Part shown: positions 23,615 to 33,835 of the stretch, piece by piece
How positions within the stretch are numbered: the first letter of the stretch is position 1
Layout of the letters: the number at the start of each line of letters is the position of its first letter
From: a virus
IMG/VR virus record: IMGVR_UViG_3300045988_155539
Location: 1 to 37,838 of that record
DNA length: 37,838 nucleotides
Strand: one strand, 5' to 3'
Made by a program: the position numbers and the translations under genes
The notes under the pieces: model-generated
What the model saw: the letters and a program-made list of their open reading frames with translations, nothing else
Databases searched by the model: none
What the model was told of the DNA's origin: nothing

Positions 23615-25156
23615 ATGCAAACCGAATACGCCCTCTATCTCCGCAAATCCCGCGCGGACCTCGAAGCCGAGGCGCACGGCGAGGGCGATACCCTCGCCCG
23701 GCACGAGCACATTCTGATGGAGCTTGCCAAGTCCCGCGCCCTGCCCATCGGCGCGATCTACCGCGAGATCGTCTCCGGTGAGCGCATCGCGAACCGTCCC
23801 GTCATGCGGCGGCTGCTCTCCGAGGTGGAGGACGGCCGCTGGAAGGGCGTGCTCGTCACCGAAACCTCGCGTCTGGCGCGCGGCGATACGATAGATCAAG
23901 GCATTGTCGCCCAGGCGTTCAAACTCTCGGGCACACTGATCGTCACCCCGTCCAAGATCTACGACCCCACGCAGGAAGCGGACGAGGAATGGATGGAATT
24001 CGGCCTGTTCATGTCGCGTCAGGAGTACCGCATGATCCGCCGCCGTATGACCGCCGGCATGAATGCAGCCAAGCGTGAAGGACGCTTTATCGGCAACGTC
24101 GCGCCCTATGGCTACGAGCGTTTTAAGCTGGACGGCCGCGGCTGGTCTCTGCGTATCGTGCCAGAGCAGGCCGAAATCGTGCGCATGATTTTTGATCTTT
24201 ATAACTCAGGTCTCGGATATTGCAGAATTGAAAAGCGCCTGAATGAGCTGCACGTTCCGGCTCCAAAGGGTGAAAAATGGACATCTGCCACGATCCCCGG
24301 TATAATTCAAAACCCCCACTACATCGGCATGATCCCGGCAGGCCGCCGCCCCGGAAGGAAGGTCGTAAAAGATGGCGAGGTGAAGCTGATACGTCCGCGC
24401 CAGAAATGCGAGCTGTACCCCGGGATGCACGAACCGATCATCTCGCGCGAGACCTGGGATAAAGCGCAGGCACGCATCGGCAAAAACCATGAAGCAAGAG
24501 TGCCGGCAGGCCGCAGGCAGAGCAACCCTCTCGCCGGTCTGCTTGTCTGCGACTGCTGCGGCAAGAACATGCAGCGCCGACCGCAAACCAGCAGAGGAAG
24601 TCAGACGCAAATCCTTTGTCCGACGCGCGGCTGTCCGACCGTTGCGCACAACGCAGACGAGCTCGAGGATATGGTTATTGATTCTCTGCGCGTATTCCTC
24701 GCGAAGCTCGAGGCAGGAAAGCCTGCAAAAACAGATGTTTCCGCGGAATATGCCGCACTCGAAGAATGCATGAAAAAGCTGAAGGACCTCGAAGCGCGTC
24801 AGCGCCGAACGTTTGAACTCGTCGAGGACGGCACATATACGCGGGAGATCTTCCTCGCGCGCCAGGCAGAACTCACCGCCGAGCGCGTGAAGATTGAGCA
24901 GCAGAAAGCAGAGCTCGAGGAGGCAATCGCAAAGAAGAAGCAGGAAGCCGAAGCACAGAACAGCCTCGCCCCTGCCGCACGTCAGGTCCTCGAGGCGTAC
25001 AAAAAAGATATGTCCGCCGAAGATCGAAACCGCCTGCTCAAGAAGGTCATCGACCATATCGACTATCACAAAAGAAAAAGAACCAGATGGAACCCCGAAA
25101 GCGACCTCTCAATAACCCTGCACCCGGTCGTCACTTCTTCAAACCCTCACCGATAA
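23615..25156 (+). CDS. large serine recombinase (probable lysogeny integrase)
   Basis: 513 aa with an AAAGGAGGAAA SD. The N-terminal YLRKSR catalytic-Ser region is followed by a recombinase domain (YGYER..., IVRMIFDLY), a Cys zinc-ribbon (VCDCCGKNM...CPTRGC) and a coiled coil. It is adjacent to the immunity genes. Confidence 0.85.
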   Translation: MQTEYALYLRKSRADLEAEAHGEGDTLARHEHILMELAKSRALPIGAIYREIVSGERIANRPVMRRLLSEVEDGRWKGVLVTETSRLARGDTIDQGIVAQAFKLSGTLIVTPSKIYDPTQEADEEWMEFGLFMSRQEYRMIRRRMTAGMNAAKREGRFIGNVAPYGYERFKLDGRGWSLRIVPEQAEIVRMIFDLYNSGLGYCRIEKRLNELHVPAPKGEKWTSATIPGIIQNPHYIGMIPAGRRPGRKVVKDGEVKLIRPRQKCELYPGMHEPIISRETWDKAQARIGKNHEARVPAGRRQSNPLAGLLVCDCCGKNMQRRPQTSRGSQTQILCPTRGCPTVAHNADELEDMVIDSLRVFLAKLEAGKPAKTDVSAEYAALEECMKKLKDLEARQRRTFELVEDGTYTREIFLARQAELTAERVKIEQQKAELEEAIAKKKQEAEAQNSLAPAARQVLEAYKKDMSAEDRNRLLKKVIDHIDYHKRKRTRWNPESDLSITLHPVVTSSNPHR

Positions 25157-25202
25157 CATCAATGTACGGGTGAACTTGCGCCTCGAAGTTATCCATAACA
25201 AA

Positions 25203-25229
25203 ACCACCGCCTCTCGGCGGTGGTTTTTC
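25203..25229. terminator. bidirectional Rho-independent terminator between convergent integrase and giant gene
   Basis: accaccgcc-tctc-ggcggtggt, flanked by AAAA on the 5' side and TTTTT on the 3' side. Confidence 0.75.
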
Positions 25230-25234
25230 CATTT

Positions 25235-28200
25235 TCACCTGAACACTGGTAAGCCCTTCAGCGCGCTCGGTTTTCTCAGTCCCGACGAGCCGCCGCTCTT
25301 CCTGCTGCCAGAGCTCTTTTTCGAGCTAGAAGCGGCAGACTTGCCGCTTGCAATCGTTCCAGCGCTTGCAGAGCCGCTATAAACAAGGTTGGAGCCGGCG
25401 CCATACCCTGGAATGTAATTCCGCGGATCCACGAAGTCACCGTCCTTCTGCACTTGAAAATCGAGATGCGGACCGGTCGAGTTACCGGTCGAACCGACCT
25501 TGCCGATCTGCTGGCCTGCTTTGACTTCCTGACCAACAGAGAGACCTTCAAGCGAACCATCAAGCATGTGGTGATACTTTGTAATAATACCGTTGCCGTG
25601 ATCAATTTCGACAGTATTTCCATATCCGCCATAATCACCCTTGTAAACGAGTGTGATCTTGCCACCCATCGCAGCCTTAACAGCAGTGCCGGCAGGCGCA
25701 GCAATGTCAATCGCCTTGTGATTGGTAGAGGAGGATTTGCCGTTGCTCGTGGCGAAAGAAGAGCGAGATCCGAACCCGCTCGAGATCGTGCCTCCCTCGA
25801 CCGGGTTCACAGCGTCAGACTTCGAAGATGAATACTTCGAAACATCCGTCGCACCCCACGGATTATTCTTTGAGGTCTTGCCGCCCTTCGCAGCCTGCCA
25901 AAGATAGCCGCGCTGCTTGTCCGTCAAACCAGGGATGCACTTAACAGCCGCCTCGATCTCAGCAGATTTATAGCTGCCGTTTTCGTCGTAATCATTAGCC
26001 TTGAGTGCGACCTGGAACAGAGCGTAAATCTCCGGTTTGATCCCAGCCTCATTCGCCATGTATGCCTTTGCCTTCCAGCCTGTGAGATCCTTTCCGTCGG
26101 CGATAGCCTGCGTATACTCATTGCAGTATTCGCGCAGCGTCGTGTGGCCGTCGTCGTTGAGATCTTTGTAGAAAGCATTATCCTTGAGCCTTTTCTCCAT
26201 ATCGGAAACAGTAAACGGATTGCTCTTGTTGCTGTCAGTGTATGTGCTCATCAGCACGCCTTTCTGCTCATCAGAGAGGTTCGTATAGCTGTCGAGAATG
26301 CTCGCAATGTTCGAGGCATTATCCGCGCCCGTTCCCTTGAACTCCTTCTGATATTCAGCAAGGTCACCCTTGAACTTCACGTAATCAGAAGCATTGACGA
26401 CACCCTTAACACTGTCGTTCCACTTCTCGCGATCCGCTTTGCTCATCGCAGAAACGATGAAATAATCAGCAAAAGCGTTCACCTCCGAATCAGAAACGTC
26501 CGGGTTGGAGGCATATTCGTTCAAAATGTTTGCAAGGAGTGTGTTGGTCGCATAGAGCTTGTTGTCGCCTCCCTCAGTATAGTCAGCTGCATCAACAAGA
26601 TTATCGCTGTTGGCCTGCTGAAGGATTTCGTCCCACTCAGCAAAAAGCTCGACAGAAATGCCATGCTTCGCAGCTTCAATCGCGTCACTCTGGCGCGACT
26701 CGCGGACCATCTGCGAAACCTTGAACGCCGTTTCCGAGGTATAGAAACCGCTTTGTCCGCCGGAAATGAGATTTTTATCGAGAAATTCCTTCTGAGCAGT
26801 CGAAAGATCATTATCGTTGAACAGCATCGCGCGAGCCTGGCCAGCCGAAACATCTCTGTTTTCATTGCTCTCAGAAATCGCGCGCATGGCCTTGATGGCG
26901 GCGAAAACCGCCTCGGAGTTGTCGACCGCGTTGCCGTTCTCGTCCCTGTGCCAGCTCATGCGCTCGCGCAGCGTGTCGAAGGCCTTGGTTTCCTTCGCGC
27001 TCAGCGTGTCGTAGCCGTTTTCCGACCAGTCCTGTGCGGTTTTGAGGGAAGATTTGCCGAACAGCATCGCCTGTGCCCAGTCGCGCGGCGTCTGGCCGTA
27101 TACCGGGAACTGGAGGATCTTCTCGCCGTTCTTGTTGACGCCGTAGCTGCCGCCCGCGCCCACCGTCACCGCGCCCTCGATGGTTCTCTTGAGCGCACCG
27201 CCGCCGAACGGCAGCAGCAGATACGCCGCAGGCTTTGCGGCCTCCTTCGCGGCCGTAAAGGCGATGCGTTTCGGGTCATAGCCCTGCGTGATTTCGTCCG
27301 CGACCTTGCCGACATCCGGGAATGCAGCGGAGATCGGAACACGGCCGCCGCCGATCAGACCGCCGACGAACGGCAGCTGTTCGGCAATGCCCTTGCCGAG
27401 CGTGAACGCCGTATCCACGCCGGACTTTTTCTTCTCGTCGTCATCGTCGCCGAGACCGAACGCTTCCGCGATCAGGCCGATGGGGTCGAGCGCGCTGTCG
27501 CGGCCGGTCAGCTCGTGATAGATCCTGTTGTAGAAGAAGGCGAGCGTGAACGCCTTGGTGAGCGCGAGACCGGTCGAGGCGATGGCCGCCGCCCTGCTCT
27601 TGCCCTCCATGTGCCGCGGCAGGTCCTTGAAGAAATACCGCAGCTGGTTGTTGGTCTCGAGCTGATACATCGTGAACACCTTGACGAGAGGGTTCTTCAT
27701 CTCGAACGCGCCGGGCGTCGCGCCCTTGGAGCGGTCTGCCATCAGCGAGGAAGCGAAGCTGTCCGCCTCCGCGAACGCCTCGTCGAGCGCCATGTGACGG
27801 CCGATGTTCTGCGCGACACGTGCGCGCACGATGCTCTCGGCGGTGAAATGGTCGATGCACTCCATCGGCGCGCCTGCAAGGTCGCTGACCCGGCGCAGCG
27901 CGGTCTTGGAGATACTGTCCGAGCCGTAGCGGCTGGTGAGGAAGGTCGAGGTGTTGACGAAGCCGTCGTCCGAAAACGCCGCGCGCACGGTCTCCGCCAT
28001 GCCCTGCAGCAGGCTTTTCGTGTCGATCTCGCCCGCCGCCTGCGTCAGCGGAATGAAGTTCGTCAGCCACGAGCCGGGATTGAGTGTGATCATGTTCGCC
28101 GCGACACGGCTTTCCACGTTCTTGGAGATCTCGTAAACGTCGCGTCCCACGATATCCTCGATGCCGCGGTCTCCGCGGTGTTTCTTGCCGCAAAGGCTGT

Positions 28201-31200
28201 CCGTGTAGCGCCGCAGCTCGGTGACGAAGTTGCGCATGCCCGCCTCCTTCTGCCGGAGCAGAGGGTCGATTGCGCGCTGAAAGGCGGTGCGGTCTCCGCC
28301 GTCGTCGTAGACAGCCTCGATCTCCTGCCGCCGTTTCAGCGGATCTTTCATGAAGTCCGACTTGATCTCGTCGATCTTCCGCTGTGTTCCCTCGTCCGAC
28401 AGCGTATAGCGGACGCTGTCCTCGAGTGCGCGCAGCTTCTGGATCTGATCTGTGAGCATGATGTAGTCCGAGATCTCCGAAACATACTGGTCGAAGCCCG
28501 TCACTGCGTCATAGACCGTGTTTTTGCCTTCGCGGTGCTGCAAATGCCGCTCCCACTGATGGCCGGGGCGGAACTTCTCGGTCAGACCGGCGAGGTCTGT
28601 CGTGAGCGTGTCGCGGCCGGTGAGCTTCATGCCGATCCGCCACATCGCGCGCGCGAGGAGCGTGTCGGGCGCCTTCTCTGTAAAGTGCGGGAAATAGTTT
28701 CCGCGCTTCTGCGTCGGCTCGAGGCCGTTTCTGACCTCGGCGTCGTTGATCATGTCGAACAGCTCGTCATAGGTCTCGCGGAACACGTTTGCGGCGTGGT
28801 TCAGCCGTGCTTCCGTCTCGCCGTCCAGTCGGATGCCGTGCTCCTCGGCATACTGGAGCGCCGCGGCCTTCTCGCCCTCGCCGAGCATCTGCACGATTGC
28901 GCTCTCGTGGCGGTTGAGGTTCAGCCCGCTGATGCGCTCGCGCAGGCGGTTCTGGAGGCGCGTGGACTCTGCCACGCTCTCGTGCACCGGCTTCAGGTAT
29001 TCGCGGATGAACTCGTCCGCCTCGGCGCGGTGCTGTTTGCCGAAAATGTCGTATATGTTGCGCTCCGGCGTCTCGGTGAGGTAATACAGACCGCGCGCCT
29101 TGTCCGAGGCGTAGGACGCGATCGTCTCCGCCCACTCTGCCGCCTGCATCTCACGTTCGAGCCGCACGCGTCTGTTGTACTCGCGCACGGGTGCAAGTGT
29201 CTCGCGCCGTTGCTTTTCGAGCTCATACAGATGCAGCGCGGCTGGCTGATTTTCGCAGTCCGCGAGGATTTCGCTGTGTCCGCTTGCAGACGCAGCCTGA
29301 AGCAGGCGCATATCGTTGTCCGACAGCTGCGCCTGCCGGCGCACGGACTCGATCTTGCGGTCGAGAGGACGGACCTCGTCCCAAGCGGACCGCAGTTCGC
29401 GGTACGTCTCGCGGTTTGCCTGTTCGCTCTTCGCGTTCCGCCGTGCGACCGCGTCCATCAAGTCGAGGTAGTCGGCCGCCGTGCGCTTGGCCTTGCCGCC
29501 CGCTCTGCGCATCTCATCCGAGACCGGCGCATATCCCGCCGCCGTCCCGGCGTCAGCCTGTGCCCTCTTCTCCTTCGCCTCCCGCATCGCCTGTTCCGGC
29601 GTTTTGCCGTACTGCATCGCCTCGGAGAGCGGAATATTTGTGTCGGAGGTATTGCTGTTTCCTGCATTCTGGCGTATACTGTTAGCAGCAAGAGTATCAT
29701 CAGACAACAACCCCGGCAATTGGAGCCGGCCGTCAAGGGTCTGATTGAAGCTCTTGTTTTCTTTTGGCAGATACCTCCGTGCATCTCCGTTGACAAGCCC
29801 CATCAAATCTGCTACAGTAATATAAGAGGACGTTGAAGGGTCGTTAACACCGAAAGGCATCGTGGCGGCTGAACTGGATGCGTCCTTCAAAGAGGAAGCT
29901 GAAGGGTACTCACCTTGCGCCGTCTGCTTGGCGGCGAGTGTTGGCTGTACTGAACTGGATGCTTCCTCTTTTTCTATGCTCTCCAGCGCCAGCACCTTGT
30001 TATCGTATGCCGAAGCGTACTGTTCCGGTACTCCGTATGTATTAAAATACTCTGCAATATTCTGAGGAATCTGCTGATTGCCCAGTTGATATTCCTTTAC
30101 CTTGAGTTTCACCGGCTGTACGCCATCGTTTGTGCGTACCGCGCCGAACAGCGTATAAATACCTGTTGCGCTGGTGTCCCCGTGCGTGATCGGCTCAGCG
30201 CTCGTCAGTACAGAATGTGCAATGATCTGCTGAATCTGCTTTGCCGCACTGATTTGAAGCTGACCGCCATTGCTGAACGAGTGTTCCAGCGTTTTCGGTG
30301 TCACAAACACCATTTCGCCCGTGTCGTAGTTCGTCACCGGCTGACGGTAAAGCTGCTGGGCTTCCTCGCTGTTCATAAAATTCCTGCGCTGCTCCCTGTA
30401 GCTGCCGGCCGGCGTTTCCCGAATATCTACAACTCTAACATCCGGCTTTTCGATGAGTTCATCGTAAGTCGGTATTTTTTTGCCTGCAAAGCCGTTTGCA
30501 GTACCATCCGGATTGCCGAACAGGCCGTCACGCGCATTCATTTCCTCGTGCGCCGCAAGGTATCGTGTGGTATAGTCCGCGATCGTCTGCGACATCTTTT
30601 CCCGTGCCGCGTTCACCGCCGCATCGCGTCCTGCTCCTTCCGGCAGGCTGCGCGCCGCGCGCAGCTGTGCATCTGCGTCCTGAAGGGAGCGCACGACGTC
30701 GCGCTCATAGGCGGTATCGTCATAAATGCCGCCCTCATTTCGCTGTGCGAGCTTCGCGCCGACAGTACCCGCAGTACCGAACACCAGGCCGCCGAACGCG
30801 CCGCCCGCAGCGCTCTGAGCGAGCTCTGCAAGGCTGAATTTCGCGTCCGGGTCTGCGGCGGCGAGGTCGGAAACGTAGTTCAGGAAGTACGAAACGCCCT
30901 CCTCGGTGGCCTCGGTGCCCATCTGCCGCAGGATATTCTTTACCGCGTTCGCGCCGCCGGAGTGCAGGATTTCGGCCATCCGTTCGAGCGGCAGCTTTTC
31001 GGTTGCGGCCTCGATGATGCCGGAGACCGTGCCCCTGCCGAGCGCCTCGCCCGCGCTTTTTCCCTGCTCGTTCAGCTCAAAAGCGCGCTGACCGGCCGCC
31101 TGCGCGCCCATCACGAGTGAGCCGAGCGCCGTACCCACGACCGGAACCGCGCTCGTAGCCATCGTCGAGGCGTTCGAAGCAAGCGAGATCGCCTGTTCGG

Positions 31201-32599
31201 CCACCCAGCGCGGCGCAGGCGCGAGACCGGCCTCGGCGTTTGCCTGTGCCTCGTTTGCCTCGCGCAGGACACGCTGAGACCAAAGGTTCTGATCTACGCC
31301 CTTCTCGACCTTGAGCGAATTCTTCTCCTCGCGCACGCGCTGAAGCTCGTTGTAAACCTGCTGATAGTCTGCCGGAACTTTGCCGTTCTCGTCCTGACTC
31401 TGCATGTTCTGGAGCTGAAGCTCGAGCTGCTTCTCCTGCTCCTCGAGCCTCGTGAAGACCTCGTTTTCCTTGTTTTCGCTCTGGTTCGAGATGGCCTGCT
31501 TCACCGTGTCGACGAAGGACGGAATAGAGGCCTCGAGGCGCTTGCCGACCGCAGTCAGACCCTGACCGAGCCGGTCCGAAGCGTCCCGCAGACGCAGATT
31601 TTCGCGCACATATTCGAGCGTCTGCTCGTCCGCGCCGCGCAGGGCGAGATCTTTCACGGTCTCGTCTGCACTGAGCCGCGGCTGATACGTCGCGCCGTAC
31701 TGCTGGTAGATCGCCTGCATCTCCTTCTGGAGGGCGTCCCGCGCCTCGTCCCGCGCCTTGGTGTCCGCGTCCGTCCACGTCTCACCCGAGCGGTTTAACA
31801 GATTTGCAATAATGCTGTGCGCCTTCTGACCGCTCTGGATGGCGTGATACGGGTCATCCGATGTCGCACCGCGCACTGCTTCCAGAATGGACGGCTGAGC
31901 CGCCGTGCGCGAGGTGTCACGGACAAAATCCTTCGTCTGTGCAACGTCGCGGAACTGCTTTGCGGTCTCCGCCCTGCCGCCGTAGATCTGCCGCGCCGCG
32001 AGCGTCAGCTCGTTGCCCTTGCTGTCGAAGGTCGAGCCGGTGTGGGTGTCGTAGGCGTAGCCGCGCCGTGCGCGGATGGCGCTGTTTTCGGCCTCAAGAC
32101 GCCGCCGTTCGGCCGCGTCGCTCGTCTGATGCCATTTCAGCGAGTTCGCAGCGAGTGCCGCCCGGTCCTTTTTGAGCGCCGCCGCGTTCGCCTGTGCCGC
32201 CTGCCGCTGTCCCTCGCGTGCCCGCGCCGCCCGCGCGCGGCGCGTGTTGTCGTTCCTGATGTTCTGCTGTGTGCGCTGTGCGAGCGACTGACCGACCGAG
32301 AACGTCGGCAGCTGCTTCACCGCAGCTGTATGCGTGGCTTTCGGTGCCGTCTGCCGTGCCGCAGGCTTTGCCACCTGCGAGGGCGTCACGCCCTTCCAGC
32401 TTGCCGAGGACTGCACCGCCGGGCGGCTCACCGTCGTTTTCGGTGCCGTCTGCTGTGCAGGCTTTGCGACCTGCGAAGGGGTAACGCCGAGCCACGATTT
32501 GGCAGACGGCAGATTGACGCGCTGCTGCTGCGCGGCCTGCTGCGCACGCTTTCTTCTGCGGCTCTCCTCGAGCTTGTCGCGGCTGTATGAATGGCTCAT
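25235..32599 (-). CDS. giant virion-associated/polyvalent-type protein (2454 aa) with C-terminal M23 (LytM) peptidase domain
   Basis: ATG 32599 has an AAGGAGGAAG SD. It is the last gene of the late operon. There are two N-terminal ~33-aa repeats (W.GVTPSQVAKPA..QTAPK) and several Gly/Ala-rich hydrophobic stretches. The C-terminus carries HKAIDIAAPAGT...GSTGNSTGPHLDF; the HxxxD motif is present, and the canonical HLHF reads HLDF here. Confidence 0.75.
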   Translation of the reverse strand: MSHSYSRDKLEESRRRKRAQQAAQQQRVNLPSAKSWLGVTPSQVAKPAQQTAPKTTVSRPAVQSSASWKGVTPSQVAKPAARQTAPKATHTAAVKQLPTFSVGQSLAQRTQQNIRNDNTRRARAARAREGQRQAAQANAAALKKDRAALAANSLKWHQTSDAAERRRLEAENSAIRARRGYAYDTHTGSTFDSKGNELTLAARQIYGGRAETAKQFRDVAQTKDFVRDTSRTAAQPSILEAVRGATSDDPYHAIQSGQKAHSIIANLLNRSGETWTDADTKARDEARDALQKEMQAIYQQYGATYQPRLSADETVKDLALRGADEQTLEYVRENLRLRDASDRLGQGLTAVGKRLEASIPSFVDTVKQAISNQSENKENEVFTRLEEQEKQLELQLQNMQSQDENGKVPADYQQVYNELQRVREEKNSLKVEKGVDQNLWSQRVLREANEAQANAEAGLAPAPRWVAEQAISLASNASTMATSAVPVVGTALGSLVMGAQAAGQRAFELNEQGKSAGEALGRGTVSGIIEAATEKLPLERMAEILHSGGANAVKNILRQMGTEATEEGVSYFLNYVSDLAAADPDAKFSLAELAQSAAGGAFGGLVFGTAGTVGAKLAQRNEGGIYDDTAYERDVVRSLQDADAQLRAARSLPEGAGRDAAVNAAREKMSQTIADYTTRYLAAHEEMNARDGLFGNPDGTANGFAGKKIPTYDELIEKPDVRVVDIRETPAGSYREQRRNFMNSEEAQQLYRQPVTNYDTGEMVFVTPKTLEHSFSNGGQLQISAAKQIQQIIAHSVLTSAEPITHGDTSATGIYTLFGAVRTNDGVQPVKLKVKEYQLGNQQIPQNIAEYFNTYGVPEQYASAYDNKVLALESIEKEEASSSVQPTLAAKQTAQGEYPSASSLKDASSSAATMPFGVNDPSTSSYITVADLMGLVNGDARRYLPKENKSFNQTLDGRLQLPGLLSDDTLAANSIRQNAGNSNTSDTNIPLSEAMQYGKTPEQAMREAKEKRAQADAGTAAGYAPVSDEMRRAGGKAKRTAADYLDLMDAVARRNAKSEQANRETYRELRSAWDEVRPLDRKIESVRRQAQLSDNDMRLLQAASASGHSEILADCENQPAALHLYELEKQRRETLAPVREYNRRVRLEREMQAAEWAETIASYASDKARGLYYLTETPERNIYDIFGKQHRAEADEFIREYLKPVHESVAESTRLQNRLRERISGLNLNRHESAIVQMLGEGEKAAALQYAEEHGIRLDGETEARLNHAANVFRETYDELFDMINDAEVRNGLEPTQKRGNYFPHFTEKAPDTLLARAMWRIGMKLTGRDTLTTDLAGLTEKFRPGHQWERHLQHREGKNTVYDAVTGFDQYVSEISDYIMLTDQIQKLRALEDSVRYTLSDEGTQRKIDEIKSDFMKDPLKRRQEIEAVYDDGGDRTAFQRAIDPLLRQKEAGMRNFVTELRRYTDSLCGKKHRGDRGIEDIVGRDVYEISKNVESRVAANMITLNPGSWLTNFIPLTQAAGEIDTKSLLQGMAETVRAAFSDDGFVNTSTFLTSRYGSDSISKTALRRVSDLAGAPMECIDHFTAESIVRARVAQNIGRHMALDEAFAEADSFASSLMADRSKGATPGAFEMKNPLVKVFTMYQLETNNQLRYFFKDLPRHMEGKSRAAAIASTGLALTKAFTLAFFYNRIYHELTGRDSALDPIGLIAEAFGLGDDDDEKKKSGVDTAFTLGKGIAEQLPFVGGLIGGGRVPISAAFPDVGKVADEITQGYDPKRIAFTAAKEAAKPAAYLLLPFGGGALKRTIEGAVTVGAGGSYGVNKNGEKILQFPVYGQTPRDWAQAMLFGKSSLKTAQDWSENGYDTLSAKETKAFDTLRERMSWHRDENGNAVDNSEAVFAAIKAMRAISESNENRDVSAGQARAMLFNDNDLSTAQKEFLDKNLISGGQSGFYTSETAFKVSQMVRESRQSDAIEAAKHGISVELFAEWDEILQQANSDNLVDAADYTEGGDNKLYATNTLLANILNEYASNPDVSDSEVNAFADYFIVSAMSKADREKWNDSVKGVVNASDYVKFKGDLAEYQKEFKGTGADNASNIASILDSYTNLSDEQKGVLMSTYTDSNKSNPFTVSDMEKRLKDNAFYKDLNDDGHTTLREYCNEYTQAIADGKDLTGWKAKAYMANEAGIKPEIYALFQVALKANDYDENGSYKSAEIEAAVKCIPGLTDKQRGYLWQAAKGGKTSKNNPWGATDVSKYSSSKSDAVNPVEGGTISSGFGSRSSFATSNGKSSSTNHKAIDIAAPAGTAVKAAMGGKITLVYKGDYGGYGNTVEIDHGNGIITKYHHMLDGSLEGLSVGQEVKAGQQIGKVGSTGNSTGPHLDFQVQKDGDFVDPRNYIPGYGAGSNLVYSGSASAGTIASGKSAASSSKKSSGSRKSGGSSGLRKPSALKGLPVFR

Positions 32600-32653
32600 G
32601 CTGCTTCCTCCTTAAAGAGCGGGAGCGGCGCAAAGGCCGCCCCCGAAACCGGT

Positions 32654-33835
32654 TTAGAACTGCGTAGAATAATACTTGTTGGTGAGATCCTGTCCGGTAG
32701 TCTGAGAATTGGTATACCGGGTCTCAGCGTTGAGATTGTCGATCTGCGCCTGAATGTACTGAAGCTGCTTGCGTGCGGTCTCCATGTCGATCTTGCCGGC
32801 CTCGAGATCCTGCTGAACCTGCTGCTTCTGAAGCTCGAACTGACGCGCCGCGAGCGTCGCCTGACCGTTGTAAGTGCCGCTCTGCTCAGCCTGAGAAAGA
32901 CCGAACTGCTGACCCCACTGGTACGCGGAGTTGATCTTGTCCACGTTCTCGAGCTGCTTTGCGGCGGTCTCCTTGTAGAGGTCCGCGAGCGCGTTCGCCT
33001 TCTCGATGTCGCCGTTCAGCCGCGCCTGGGTAATGGCGCGTTCGATTTCCGCGAGCGCCTCGGTCTGCGTAGTGGCGTTGCTGTTGAGGGCGTTCTGATA
33101 CGTGTTGCCCGCCGAGATCATCGAGCTCTCCGTGATGCCGGATTTCGAGAGGCCCTGACTTGCAAGCCCCTCGGCATACGAGCCGTTCGGGTTGATGGCG
33201 GTCATATACGCCTTCTCGGCCGCGGCATTGTTCGCCTCGGTGTTCTTGCCGATGGTGGTTTTCTGGCTTTCGAGATTGTTGACCGCGCTGTCGATGGACG
33301 CCTGAAGCGCCTTCTGCTGTGCCGCGGCAGCGTCGTTCATCTTCTGCTCATAGTCGCTGTAGCCCTGCGAATAGCGGTTCGCCATCTGCTCACCGAGGTT
33401 CGCGCCGGAGATGCCGCCCGTAGAGATGTAGTCCGAGCCGTCCTCACCGCCGGAGTAGCCCCACCCGGAGCGGAGGCTTTCCGCCGCCTTGTGCGCGGCG
33501 TCCATGCCGGCCTTGTCGCCCTTCGCAGCCGCCGCAGCGTAATCGTCCTTGTATTTCTGGATCTGGTCTGCCTGACTCTGCGAGTTGTTCTTGATCGTCG
33601 CATCGTAGTGCGTGCCCTTCGGCGTATACGAGCCGCCGGACGAGGACGAGCCGCGTGAGGAAGAACTGGAAGACGAAGAAGAAGAGCCGCGCGAGGAAGA
33701 ACTGGAAGACGACGAGGACGAGCCCTTGGAGCTCGATGCACCGGTCGCCTTGGCCGCACCCTTCGCGGAGGCGGCAGCGGAGGCGGCAGCGGAGGCTCTG
33801 ATTGCCGCCGCGATGCTTGCGCCGAGAATGCTCAT
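32654..33835 (-). CDS. Ser-rich structural/internal protein (393 aa)
   Basis: It lies between the endolysin and the giant gene. The N-terminus is an Ala/Ser low-complexity region with a tandem SSSSSSSSSSRG, followed by a Q/A/N-rich helical region. Confidence 0.55.
   Translation of the reverse strand: MSILGASIAAAIRASAAASAAASAKGAAKATGASSSKGSSSSSSSSSSRGSSSSSSSSSSRGSSSSGGSYTPKGTHYDATIKNNSQSQADQIQKYKDDYAAAAAKGDKAGMDAAHKAAESLRSGWGYSGGEDGSDYISTGGISGANLGEQMANRYSQGYSDYEQKMNDAAAAQQKALQASIDSAVNNLESQKTTIGKNTEANNAAAEKAYMTAINPNGSYAEGLASQGLSKSGITESSMISAGNTYQNALNSNATTQTEALAEIERAITQARLNGDIEKANALADLYKETAAKQLENVDKINSAYQWGQQFGLSQAEQSGTYNGQATLAARQFELQKQQVQQDLEAGKIDMETARKQLQYIQAQIDNLNAETRYTNSQTTGQDLTNKYYSTQF
33648..33719 (-). 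repeat. 2 x 36-bp tandem repeat encoding SSSSSSSSSSRG
   Basis: gagccgcg(t/c)gaggaagaactggaagacga recurs with a 36-nt period. Confidence 0.7.

Noticed and set aside
25152-25193. Weak GATAAC...GTTATC inverted hexamers downstream of the large serine integrase as attP.
   Set aside because: The match is too short and degenerate to call, and the adjacent strong hairpin is a terminator. attP remains unidentified.
26144-29836. Very long plus-strand ORFs opposite real genes: 26144..29836 (1230 aa), 2724..4322, 4944..6737, 8468..10060, 30086..31120, 32591..33658, 16629..17582, 10477..11565.
   Set aside because: They are Arg/Leu/Ala/Val-rich low-complexity translations with no SD sites. Each is exactly antisense to a well-supported minus-strand gene. 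This is typical shadow-ORF behaviour in GC-rich DNA.
32094-32633. Alternative-frame ORFs over the 5' end of the giant gene, and the repeated DNA at about 32330..32500.
   Set aside because: The DNA repeat simply encodes the two 33-aa N-terminal repeats of the giant protein. The other frames are Arg/Gly-rich shadows.
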